This document shows, piece by piece, positions 26,238 through 35,788 of a DNA stretch of 64,000 bases. The notes beneath the pieces are model-generated. The model did no database searches. It saw nothing but the letters and a program-made list of their open reading frames with translations, and was not told where the DNA came from. Each line of letters opens with the position of its first letter. Position 1 is the first letter of the stretch. A program made the position numbers and the translations under genes. Source of the DNA: an uncultured bacterium (GTDB lineage: Bacteria; Fidelibacterota; UBA2242; JAFGTP01); the NCBI GenBank assembly GCA_964498725.1, contig CAZCHS010000005.1:14374-78373 (forward strand). The letters run 5' to 3'.

Positions 26238-27146
26238 GTGAAACTCAGTAACACCAGTATTAAACAAAATTTAATCAATAGCGATATCCAATTTGATACC
26301 ATTCAGAAAATCTATGATAATTACAAACCTGACGGCATTTTCACCTTTATGGACCTGACGGTTGAGGCTGAATCCCTGGGTCTGCAAATTAATTTTCCGG
26401 AAAATGATAATCCTTCCGTTTTAGAGCATCCCATAAAAAATTTATCACAGTTGCAGGAATTGTCCGCTCAATACAACGGACCAGCCGGCAGGATGAAGGT
26501 ATTTGTGGATACCGTTCGGAAAATGTCGGAAAATTTAAACACCAATGTCGGCGCTTATGTTATCGGGCCTTTCACCCTTGCCGGCGAATTGAATGGTGTG
26601 CATGATTTATTGATGAATACAATTGAAGACCCTGATTTTACCACAGACCTGGTTGATTTCTCCACAAAGGTAATTATGGATTATACGGCTGAACTTTTTG
26701 AAGCCGGCGCGGATACCGTCTGTGTGCTGGAACCCACCGCCATGATGCTGTCACCGGAGTTGTATGAGGAATATTCACTGGGACCTTTCAAAGAAATTTT
26801 GAAAGCAGTGAATAATCAGCCGCTGATTTTGCATATTTGCGGCGACACGACTCATCTGGCAGAAAAAATGGCACAATCCGGAGCCGCCGGACTGAGCCTC
26901 GATTCGGTGGTAGATCTCAAACAAATAATCCAAAAAATTCCGCCGGAAATGGAACTGATCGGTAATCTTGACCCGGTGGATGTCTTTCTCAATGGCGATA
27001 ATGAAACTGTTGCCAAAGCAACCCAATGCCTAAAAGACAAAATGCAGGAATATCCAAATTTTGTACTGAGTACGGGCTGCGATCTTCCCCTTGAAACACC
27101 GCTGGAAAATGTACATACTTTCATGAAATCCGCCAGGGAAACCTGA
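26238..27146 (+). CDS. URO-D family methylcobamide methyltransferase-like protein (MtaA/MtbA-like)
   Basis: 302 aa with a GTG start. FMDLTVEAESLGLQINFPENDNPSV and LILHICGDTTHL resemble MtaA/MtbA-type enzymes. The N-terminus is shorter than usual, because the frame is closed by a TAA at 26169-26171. Confidence 0.7.
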   Translation: MKLSNTSIKQNLINSDIQFDTIQKIYDNYKPDGIFTFMDLTVEAESLGLQINFPENDNPSVLEHPIKNLSQLQELSAQYNGPAGRMKVFVDTVRKMSENLNTNVGAYVIGPFTLAGELNGVHDLLMNTIEDPDFTTDLVDFSTKVIMDYTAELFEAGADTVCVLEPTAMMLSPELYEEYSLGPFKEILKAVNNQPLILHICGDTTHLAEKMAQSGAAGLSLDSVVDLKQIIQKIPPEMELIGNLDPVDVFLNGDNETVAKATQCLKDKMQEYPNFVLSTGCDLPLETPLENVHTFMKSARET

Positions 27147-27147
27147 A

Positions 27148-27180
27148 ATCCCCCGAGGTTTTTTTTGAACCTCCGGGGAT
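27148..27180 (+). terminator. strong hairpin immediately after the methyltransferase operon (possible terminator)
   Basis: ATCCCCCGAGGTT ttttttg AACCTCCGGGGAT gives 12 of 13 paired positions. The T-run sits in the loop rather than 3' of the stem, so function is uncertain. Confidence 0.4.
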
Positions 27181-27593
27181 TGGTGCTCCCAGAGTAGAAT
27201 ATTTTTTGTACACAAATCTTCGTTACACTACGCTATGCAGGCGGATTATTGCAGGAGAACACAGATTTGTTTTTTTAATCGCGGATCATGTGAATGCAAG
27301 CGCATAACTCTACCCCTTTCAAATGGTCTCCAGACTTTTGAAATGGTGTTCATGGGGAAAATCCGACCTCCATATTCCAAAATTATATTGAGAATCCAGA
27401 GACAAAACTCTGTTTCCCTTTCAGGGAAAGTCTTACCTCCGGACTCCTGTCATAGGGCTTCATTTCATTGCGCCCTAGGTTAGGCTATGTTTCCGCCGTT
27501 GGGGAAAGTCCGGGAATTCTACCAATCCAAATTCCATGATGCTATACTATTATAAAAAAGACTCTCAGAATAACACCATACTTCAGTATGGTG

Positions 27594-27626
27594 AAAAAAA
27601 AGGGCTGATTCTACACCAACCCTTTT
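27594..27626 (-). terminator. weak hairpin plus U-run downstream of ftsB
   Basis: On the minus strand, AAAAGGG ttggtgtagaatcag CCCTTTT is followed by TTTT. It lies 20 nt after the ftsB stop. Confidence 0.4.
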
Positions 27627-27646
27627 CTTTATTTGTATTTCAAAAT

Positions 27647-27961
27647 CTATTTTTCGATAACTCTGAAAACCTTTTCTCCTTTTTTTGCCATGCGATAGCG
27701 CTCACGGGCGATTTTTTCGATGTACTCAAGATCATTTTCCAGATCCTCTTTTTGGACAATCAGAGAATCTTTCTGACTTTGAAGGTCCCGGATGGACTGC
27801 TCCACCTTAGTCTTGTTCTTATTCAACACATAGATCTGATAGAGTCCATAATCACCGATGACAAAAATCAGGATAAAGAGTGTTGTCCAGAACAATATCA
27901 GGAAAACACGGAGAAGATACCGAATGGAATTTTCTTTTCTTCCTTTTTCAGTTGCTACCAT
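27647..27961 (-). CDS. ftsB: septum formation initiator family protein (FtsB/DivIC-like)
   Basis: 104 aa. It has one N-terminal TM segment, a coiled coil (VEQSIRDLQSQKDSLIVQKEDLENDLEYIEKIARERYRM), then AKKGEKVFRV. It sits directly downstream of eno, as in many bacteria. Confidence 0.75.
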   Translation of the reverse strand: MVATEKGRKENSIRYLLRVFLILFWTTLFILIFVIGDYGLYQIYVLNKNKTKVEQSIRDLQSQKDSLIVQKEDLENDLEYIEKIARERYRMAKKGEKVFRVIEK

Positions 27962-27970
27962 AAAAATGAA

Positions 27971-29263
<1,293 letters not shown>

Positions 29264-29529
29264 TTATTTGTTAAAAATTACTAATTTGTTCAACCACAAA
29301 TTTATTAAGACAATACTGGTTTGTCAATTGATTACCAAGTATTTCAATAATAGTTTACACTTTTTTGCATAACCACAAATTTAAAGAAATTTAGCGAATA
29401 TCACATGGATTTTTCCAATTATTATGAATTCAATTGCATTAATTATTACACATCTGTATATTTTAAAAAATATTTGAGCAACCATAACTACTTAATTAGA
29501 TGGCATTTTAAATTTTATAAAGGGATAAC

Positions 29530-30683
29530 ATGAAAAAAGTATCAGTCTTAATAAACCTAACTTTTTTATTAAGTCTTTTGATTAATCCACTTTCGGCGCA
29601 AATAATTATGTATGTTCCTCAAGGATGTGTAATTGATAATTTAACCGGGCGTGGTATTGTTGGTGCAACTGAGGTGTCTGTATCGAATTTGAATGCAGGA
29701 ATCCGGCTGCTATAGGCGCACTAAAAGGATTTAATGCCGGATTTTCGTATCAATATAATACTCCTATCAAAAATGCATGGTTTGCTGATGTGGATTATTA
29801 CAGAGCGAATTACTGGCCGCAATCTGCAGGAGTTTCTGTCTGTACCAAAAATTTCACTTTAGGAATAGGGACCAGTCAAAAATATAGTTTGACCAGAGAT
29901 CATGGAACCATAACATCTGTTATTGTCGCTGATAATGAACAGGGATATATTGAGTCCGATCCTTTTGAAGCCAAAACAACAGAAACTCTTTTGAAGAATT
30001 CCTTTATTATTTCTTATAGCCTGGAACAGTTTTTATCAGAAAATCACCAGCTAAGTATTGGTGTCTCCCTCAATCACTTTCGATATTATTATGCCAATCT
30101 TGCAGATCGTGAAATAATTGATAATCTTGAGGTTGATATTCAAGATAATCAATTGTCTGCAGGGATTGATTACAAGTATACAATAAAAAATAATCAATCA
30201 ATAAATATTGGTTTGACCTATGAATCGGAACTCAATTTTTTAAAAAAGGAAGAGAAAAACTATTCACATCGCTTTTATAAAATCAATATCCCTCAAATTG
30301 TAAATGCAGGTCTATCTATTAACTTTCAAAATAATTTCCAAATCAGAAGCAATGTCGCTTATCTTTTTTGGGAAACTCTTGATGAAAATGTCTATGATAT
30401 AAAAAATCAGATGAAAGCAAGTTTTACTATTGAAAAACAATTTTCTCCTTCTTTTTCCCTTGCTGCAGGGAATTATTTTACTGATAGGAAATTTTTAGAG
30501 GAAGAAAAATATGGTGATATAGATATTAATTTTTTTGCTCATTATATATTCTTTGGTAGTAGCATAAATTATAAAAGTTATAATTTCGACTTCGTTATTG
30601 CTGACAGTCATCTGTTGTCTGATGACAATCGAAAACAAACCATTTTTAAAATCGGCTTGGGCTACCATTGGAACCGTAACTAA
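29530..30683 (+). pseudogene. outer-membrane beta-barrel protein gene interrupted by a frameshift (or assembly indel) near 29698-29702
   Basis: ORF 29530-29715 encodes a signal peptide and then ...VSVSNLNAG before stopping. The frame carrying ORF 29790-30683 is open from 29673. From 29700 it reads NPAAIGALKGFNAGFSYQYN. One extra A in GGAAT (giving GGA AAT) would fuse the two ORFs as ...NLNAG-NPAAIGAL.... Confidence 0.6.
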
Positions 30684-30716
30684 AAAAAGGTTGCCTGTCA
30701 GACAGACAACCTTTTC
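30684..30716 (+). terminator. hairpin terminator after the outer-membrane protein gene
   Basis: GGTTGCCTGTC a GACAGACAACC is a near-perfect palindrome with one mismatch. It is flanked by A-rich 5' and TTTT 3' sequence. Confidence 0.6.
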
Positions 30717-30730
30717 GAGGTTCAGATATT

Positions 30731-30761
30731 TGTACAAAATAAAATCCCGCCAGAAGCGGGA
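30731..30761 (-). terminator. intrinsic terminator downstream of tRNA-Lys
   Basis: On the minus strand, TCCCGC ttctg GCGGGA is followed by TTTTATTTT. Confidence 0.65.
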
Positions 30762-30784
30762 CATCTATGTTTAGCCAATGATTG

Positions 30785-30857
30785 TGAGTGCAGTAGGAAT
30801 CGAACCTACGACCCACGCCTTAAAAGGGCGTTGCTCTACCAATTGAGCTATGCACTC
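30785..30857 (-). tRNA. tRNA-Lys (anticodon UUU)
   Basis: The minus strand reads GAGTGCATAGCTCAATTGGTAGAGCAACGCCCTTTTAAGGCGTGGGTCGTAGGTTCGATTCCTACTGCACTCA. It folds as a cloverleaf with a 7-bp acceptor stem, a GGTTCGATTCC T-arm and the anticodon loop CTTTTAA. CCA is not encoded. Confidence 0.9.
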
Positions 30858-31081
30858 ATTTACTTGATCGTCTTCATCATTTTGAAAGCAGGCTATTTTA
30901 TTAAATTTCTAATTTTAATGCAAGGAAAATTTTTACTTACTTAATTTTTCTCTTTTTAAAACCACTTATCCTGCTGAATTATCACGTTTTTATATTTTCA
31001 ATTTTCAAATATTCCTTAATTTTAGTTAATAAAATATTTATTTTATACGGAATATTAATCAGTGAAAGAAAGGGATTTGAA

Positions 31082-31891
31082 ATGGTAAAACGTCTTACGA
31101 CACCCTGGCGCAAACTTTCCATTGCTATTTATGGCGCACCCAGCGAAGGCAAAGTTTACGGCACTTATGAAGTCGATGTAACTGATATGATGAAATATAT
31201 AAATCAGAAGCGGGACGAGGGAATCCGGATTACAGTCACCCATTTTATTGTCAAAGCCGTTGGGCAGGCCCTCTTTCAGTATGCCCCGGAAGTCAATTGT
31301 TATGTGCGGCGGGGAAAGATCATTTATCGTGACCACGCCAATGTCTTTATGAGTATTTTGAAAAAAGGGGGAAGCGGGCAGACCGGCATGATCATTCCCG
31401 AAGTGGAAAACAAAACCGTCACAGAAATTTCAGAGTATGTTCGCAACCGAATTCAAGCCAAGCGGGAAGGCGAGGAAAAGGGACTCTATTCTATGACCAA
31501 AATTATCGCGCGTGTACCATGGCCCTTTCGCAAACTGGTTCTTAAACTGTTTACCTGGTGGATTTTTGATATGGAATTCCCTGTGCCGGGCATGAAAAAG
31601 CAGCGGTCCCCTTTTGGCAGCATCATGCTGACCAATATTGGCACCCTGGGATTAAAAACCGGTATGGTGGCCCTTTTCCCAATCGGAAAACTTCCCGGAG
31701 TCATCGCAATGGGAAAAATAGAAGAAAAACCGGTGGTCATCGATGGCGAAATTACGATTCGTTCCATACTGCCATTAACAGGAACTTTTGACCATCGTAT
31801 GGTGGATGGCGCGCAAATCGGAAAATTAGGCCGGGGAATTCAGAAAGTGCTACGGCATCCGGAAAAACTCGACCAGAAAGAGGCTGAATGA
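31082..31891 (+). CDS. stand-alone 2-oxoacid dehydrogenase E2-type acyltransferase catalytic-domain protein
   Basis: 269 aa. It carries the catalytic signature TGTFDHRMVDGAQIG (DHRxxDG). No lipoyl or subunit-binding domain is present. Confidence 0.75.
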   Translation: MVKRLTTPWRKLSIAIYGAPSEGKVYGTYEVDVTDMMKYINQKRDEGIRITVTHFIVKAVGQALFQYAPEVNCYVRRGKIIYRDHANVFMSILKKGGSGQTGMIIPEVENKTVTEISEYVRNRIQAKREGEEKGLYSMTKIIARVPWPFRKLVLKLFTWWIFDMEFPVPGMKKQRSPFGSIMLTNIGTLGLKTGMVALFPIGKLPGVIAMGKIEEKPVVIDGEITIRSILPLTGTFDHRMVDGAQIGKLGRGIQKVLRHPEKLDQKEAE

Positions 31892-33543
31892 AAAAAATAG
31901 TTTTGTTACTGTTCATTGCGGCAGGTCTTTTCGCTGCTGAAATTCCGGTGAATATCAATGATGATGTCTATGGTTTTCTGCAACGAATGGAAAATAAGGG
32001 TGTGATTAATCTGAACGCCGCTGTTTTTCCTTACACCAGAAACAAGGTGGCTCACTTGTTGGATAAAATTGATTTTTCCCGGTCATTGCTGTCACAAACA
32101 GAGAGTGAGATTCTTGATGAGCATTTGGCGGACTATCGAATGGAATTACGCTCACACCGGCATGCCAGTTTGGAAAAGGAAGATAACGGGTTGTTGGCAC
32201 CGGTTTTTTCTGAAGATGGCACCGCCCGGATCGCTTCCAATATTTTTAGCCGCAGAAATGAGGCCGAAGCCGCCCATCTGCTGACTTTCGAACAGGGAAA
32301 TGTTTTTCTCTGGGGAGACATTGGTTTGCGGATTGAACAGCAATGGAAAAATTCCCATTCCCGGTTATTGCTTTCTGACCGCTATGTATTACAAGGCGGA
32401 TTAAGTGATAATCTCTTTTTTCATGCGGATTTTTTCCGGTATCAGCGGGAAAACAATCCAAACTTCAATGAACTGACAAAAGAGGAAATCGGCAACTGGT
32501 CCATGCAACAGCCGGGTGGCAGTTTTACTTTTGATAATGTTTATTCCTCACTGGTCTATCATAAGGACAACCTCAATATTGGCCTCTATCATCAGCCGTT
32601 GCGCTGGGGAACCAGTGAGCGCAACAGCCTGATTTTATCGGCTTATGCCTCACCTTTTTCCTACCTTGGATTTGATTATCAATACAAAGCCCTGCAATTT
32701 TCCTTTTTCCACGGCGCGCTTCTTAATGACAGCACAAAGATCAAAAAGGCTGATTTTGCGACCCGTAACCGTGAAAAATACATTGCCGGCCACCGGATCG
32801 ATCTGGCTTTATTCGATGGCGCCGCAAGAATCGGCCTGAGCGAAATGATCATTTACGGCGATCGAAATATCGAGCCGGGATATTTGATACCGGTGAATTT
32901 TTTCTGGTCAATCGAACATTCCCTGATGGACCGTGATAATTCTCTGCTGGCCCTGGATTTTCAGACCAATATTATTCCCAATGGGACAATTTACGGAACC
33001 CTTTTTATCGATGAGTTGCGGTTCGATGAATTATTTGACCAGTGGTGGGCCAATAAGCACGGTTTGCAACTGGGCATTCGGTACTCTCACCATATCTTTG
33101 GCAAGCCCACGAACTGGACAGGAGAGGCTTCATTTATTCGTCCCTGGACTTACTCCCATAAATTTTTTATAAACAATTACACCAATAATGGTATTTCTCT
33201 GGGGTTTCCCTATGCCGGAAACTCCCAATTGTATGAAATTACCAACCGGACTTTTATTAACCGGCGCACAAAACTCTCCCTGGTTTACACTCACCTGAAA
33301 CACGGATATGATGAAGATGATCAATATTACGGCGGTGATCCCACCATTAGCTACGAACGGCGCAATGAAATCTATGACAATGCCACCGAATGGCTGATGG
33401 GCGACCTTCGCACCACGGAATTACTCACACTGAATTTGCGGTATGAATTTTACAATGATGCCTATCTGAAACTGGAGATGATCAAACATCTGAGTGGCGA
33501 GCAGAATTTATTTATCAATACCGCACTTAACCTGGATTTTTGA
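31888..33543 (+). CDS. Wzi-like capsule-assembly family outer-membrane protein (tentative)
   Basis: 551 aa. After a signal peptide comes DDVYGFLQRMENKGVINLNAAVFPYTRNKVAHLL, which resembles the Wzi family N-terminus as I recall it. The rest is beta-rich. Coupled to the upstream gene by an ATGA overlap. Confidence 0.45.
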   Translation: MKKIVLLLFIAAGLFAAEIPVNINDDVYGFLQRMENKGVINLNAAVFPYTRNKVAHLLDKIDFSRSLLSQTESEILDEHLADYRMELRSHRHASLEKEDNGLLAPVFSEDGTARIASNIFSRRNEAEAAHLLTFEQGNVFLWGDIGLRIEQQWKNSHSRLLLSDRYVLQGGLSDNLFFHADFFRYQRENNPNFNELTKEEIGNWSMQQPGGSFTFDNVYSSLVYHKDNLNIGLYHQPLRWGTSERNSLILSAYASPFSYLGFDYQYKALQFSFFHGALLNDSTKIKKADFATRNREKYIAGHRIDLALFDGAARIGLSEMIIYGDRNIEPGYLIPVNFFWSIEHSLMDRDNSLLALDFQTNIIPNGTIYGTLFIDELRFDELFDQWWANKHGLQLGIRYSHHIFGKPTNWTGEASFIRPWTYSHKFFINNYTNNGISLGFPYAGNSQLYEITNRTFINRRTKLSLVYTHLKHGYDEDDQYYGGDPTISYERRNEIYDNATEWLMGDLRTTELLTLNLRYEFYNDAYLKLEMIKHLSGEQNLFINTALNLDF

Positions 33544-34619
33544 TGTTATCTCTGATTGTTGCATTCGGATATTTCCTGATATTTTTCGTAATGGTTTACG
33601 GTCTGGCGCGTACATCTAAAATTTCCCCGGCGGAAAATCGCCAAACCGCTTCCATTATTATTTGCGGTCGTAATGAGGCGAACCGGATCACGCCGCTGCT
33701 GGAGAGCCTTGCCAAAATCAATTATCCTGACAATCAATATGAAATTTTATTGGTCAATGATGATTCTACTGATAATACCGGCGCATTGATGCGAGCCTTT
33801 TGTGATCAAAAGGATAACCGCCATTACCTTGTTCACAAAAAAACCGGGCAAAGTTACAAAGGTAAAAAGGGCGCCCTGAATTTTGGTATTCAACAAGCGA
33901 AGTACGATATAATTCTGGCTACTGACGCGGACTGTATTGTACAGGCCAACTGGGTGCGATCCATGTTGGGATATTTTGATGAAAATACTGCTCTGGTGCA
34001 GGGCTATTCACCGGTCAAAAAGCGTTCGGATTTTTTGTCGGTCTATCAACAATTTGACACGCTGGCAGAGGGTGTGACAGCAGCCGCCTCTATGTATTTC
34101 AACAATCCCACTCATGCCAATGCCCGCAATTTCGCCTTTCGCAAGTCGGTTTACAATGAGGTGGGCGGGTTCAGCCGGATCAGCCATGTGGATACCGGCG
34201 ACGATTTTTACCTGGCTAAATTGATCAAAACAGAAACGGAATATGACTTTCGCTACAATCCCGAACCATCGGCTTTTGTGTTTACTGAAGAGGTATCAAA
34301 CCTGAAAACCTATTGGCATCAGCAATTGCGCCGCAATTCCAAAGGCTTTGACCTGGGATGGCAATTTTTACTATTAGGCGGTTGGCTGCTGCTATTTCAC
34401 CTGCTATTGATCAGCCTGCTGATTGCCGGACAATGGTCATTATTCGGCCTGCTGTTAGGAGGAAAATTTATTGCGGAATTCATCCCGGTATTGATTGGAG
34501 CAATTAAATTCAAAGAATTCCGGGTACTGCCCTTTTTTCCGGTTCTTTGGCTACTCTATCCGTTGTTTTATTTTTCTTCTCAAATATTGGGTAGTTTCAA
34601 GTTCTACCGCTGGAAATAA
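33543..34619 (+). CDS. family 2 glycosyltransferase with C-terminal membrane segments
   Basis: ASIIICGRNEANRI...YEILLVNDDSTDNT, ATDADC and QQLRR-like motifs are present, with hydrophobic C-terminal helices. The ATG at 33543 overlaps the upstream TGA (TGATG). Confidence 0.8.
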   Translation: MLSLIVAFGYFLIFFVMVYGLARTSKISPAENRQTASIIICGRNEANRITPLLESLAKINYPDNQYEILLVNDDSTDNTGALMRAFCDQKDNRHYLVHKKTGQSYKGKKGALNFGIQQAKYDIILATDADCIVQANWVRSMLGYFDENTALVQGYSPVKKRSDFLSVYQQFDTLAEGVTAAASMYFNNPTHANARNFAFRKSVYNEVGGFSRISHVDTGDDFYLAKLIKTETEYDFRYNPEPSAFVFTEEVSNLKTYWHQQLRRNSKGFDLGWQFLLLGGWLLLFHLLLISLLIAGQWSLFGLLLGGKFIAEFIPVLIGAIKFKEFRVLPFFPVLWLLYPLFYFSSQILGSFKFYRWK

Positions 34620-34696
34620 AATTTTTATTATTTGGAAAATGGTGAAAGCGAAATTTTATCCTGTTTATTTTAATCACTAAGAATTAGATTTCCGAT

Positions 34697-35788
34697 ATGA
34701 GTAAAATTTTTAAAAAGATCACTTTTGTGCTGCCAGGAATGACCACTGTTCCCATGGGTGGTGTAAAAATTGTCAACCGTCTGGCCGCCTTAATCGCCCG
34801 GCAGCCATACCGGGTCACCCTGGTGTATCCAATCAATCTGGAACTGGGCCTGGTGCATAAAGTGAAAGCCCTGATCAAATCCCGCCTGGACAAAAAACAT
34901 AAGGTTCCCGGCGACCTTTATTATCAACCAGATCCTGAGGTAGACGCGCTTGTGGTTCGTGAAGTGTCGGAAAAATATATTCCTGAAGCCGATGCCATTA
35001 TTGCCATTGGCTGGCAAACCGCCAATGCCGTGGATAAGCTTCCGGCAAGCGCTGGTGAAAAATTTTATTTTTTACAAAGTTATGAATCCTATTTCTCTAA
35101 TCCCAACAAGGTTTTGGAGACCTATAATCTGAAACTACAGAAAATCGCATTGTCAAAATGGATTCTCGATGAAATGATCAAATTGGGACAAAATTCCCTC
35201 GGGCCCATCGGTAACAGTATCAATCCCGATGAATTCTACCGGGATGAGGCCATTGAAAAGTCCAATGATCTTCTCATGCTCTATCATCCTGCTAAAATTA
35301 AAAATGCCAAATTTGGCCTGGCTGTGCTCGAGAAACTTAAAAAACAGCATCCCAAGCTGAAAGCGACGATTTTTTCCGCCCGCGCGCCAATCCATAAAAT
35401 TCCGCCGTGGATCCACCAGGTCATTCGCCCTGATATTGAAGAACTTCGCAACCTATACAATCAATCGAAAATTTTTCTGAGTACCAGCAAATGGGAAGGC
35501 TGGGGACTGCCGCCCATGGAAGCCATGGCCTGTGGCTGCGCTGTTGTAGCGGTGAAAAACAAAGGAGTGCAGGAATTCATGAAAAATAATGAAAATGGCT
35601 TTTTAATTCCTCACAGGGATAAACGGAGCGCCATAGAAAAAATTACTAAACTCCTTAAAAATACAGACCTGAGAGAAAAATTTATTGAGGAGGGATACAA
35701 AACCGTTGCAAATTATTCCGAAACAGAAGTCGTCTCAAAGTTTTTGAAATGTATAAATCACAAAGGACAAAATGTTCCCAAGAGTTAG
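34697..35788 (+). CDS. family 4 (GT-B, group 1) glycosyltransferase
   Basis: 363 aa. It has the C-terminal signature SKWEGWGLPPMEAMACGCAVVAVKNKGVQEFMKNNENGFL (EX7E region). Confidence 0.85.
   Translation: MSKIFKKITFVLPGMTTVPMGGVKIVNRLAALIARQPYRVTLVYPINLELGLVHKVKALIKSRLDKKHKVPGDLYYQPDPEVDALVVREVSEKYIPEADAIIAIGWQTANAVDKLPASAGEKFYFLQSYESYFSNPNKVLETYNLKLQKIALSKWILDEMIKLGQNSLGPIGNSINPDEFYRDEAIEKSNDLLMLYHPAKIKNAKFGLAVLEKLKKQHPKLKATIFSARAPIHKIPPWIHQVIRPDIEELRNLYNQSKIFLSTSKWEGWGLPPMEAMACGCAVVAVKNKGVQEFMKNNENGFLIPHRDKRSAIEKITKLLKNTDLREKFIEEGYKTVANYSETEVVSKFLKCINHKGQNVPKS

Noticed and set aside
27501-27519. GGGGAAAGTCCGGGAATTC resembles the RNase P RNA CR-I/P4 motif GAGGAAAGUCCGGGC.
   Set aside because: An RNase P RNA would need about 300 nt downstream carrying the ACAGAAxCCGGCUUA P4 partner and the P10-P15 modules. 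Instead the sequence runs into terminator hairpins and the ftsB coding region. The motif's complement lies only about 70 nt upstream, forming a local helix.
27602-27622. GGGCTGATTCTACACCAACCC resembles the tmRNA 5' end GGGGCUGAUUCUGGAUUCGAC.
   Set aside because: There is no T-arm or GCUCCACCA 3' end, and no plausible tag reading frame on either strand. The segment is better explained as the loop of the AAAAGGG/CCCTTTT terminator hairpin after ftsB.
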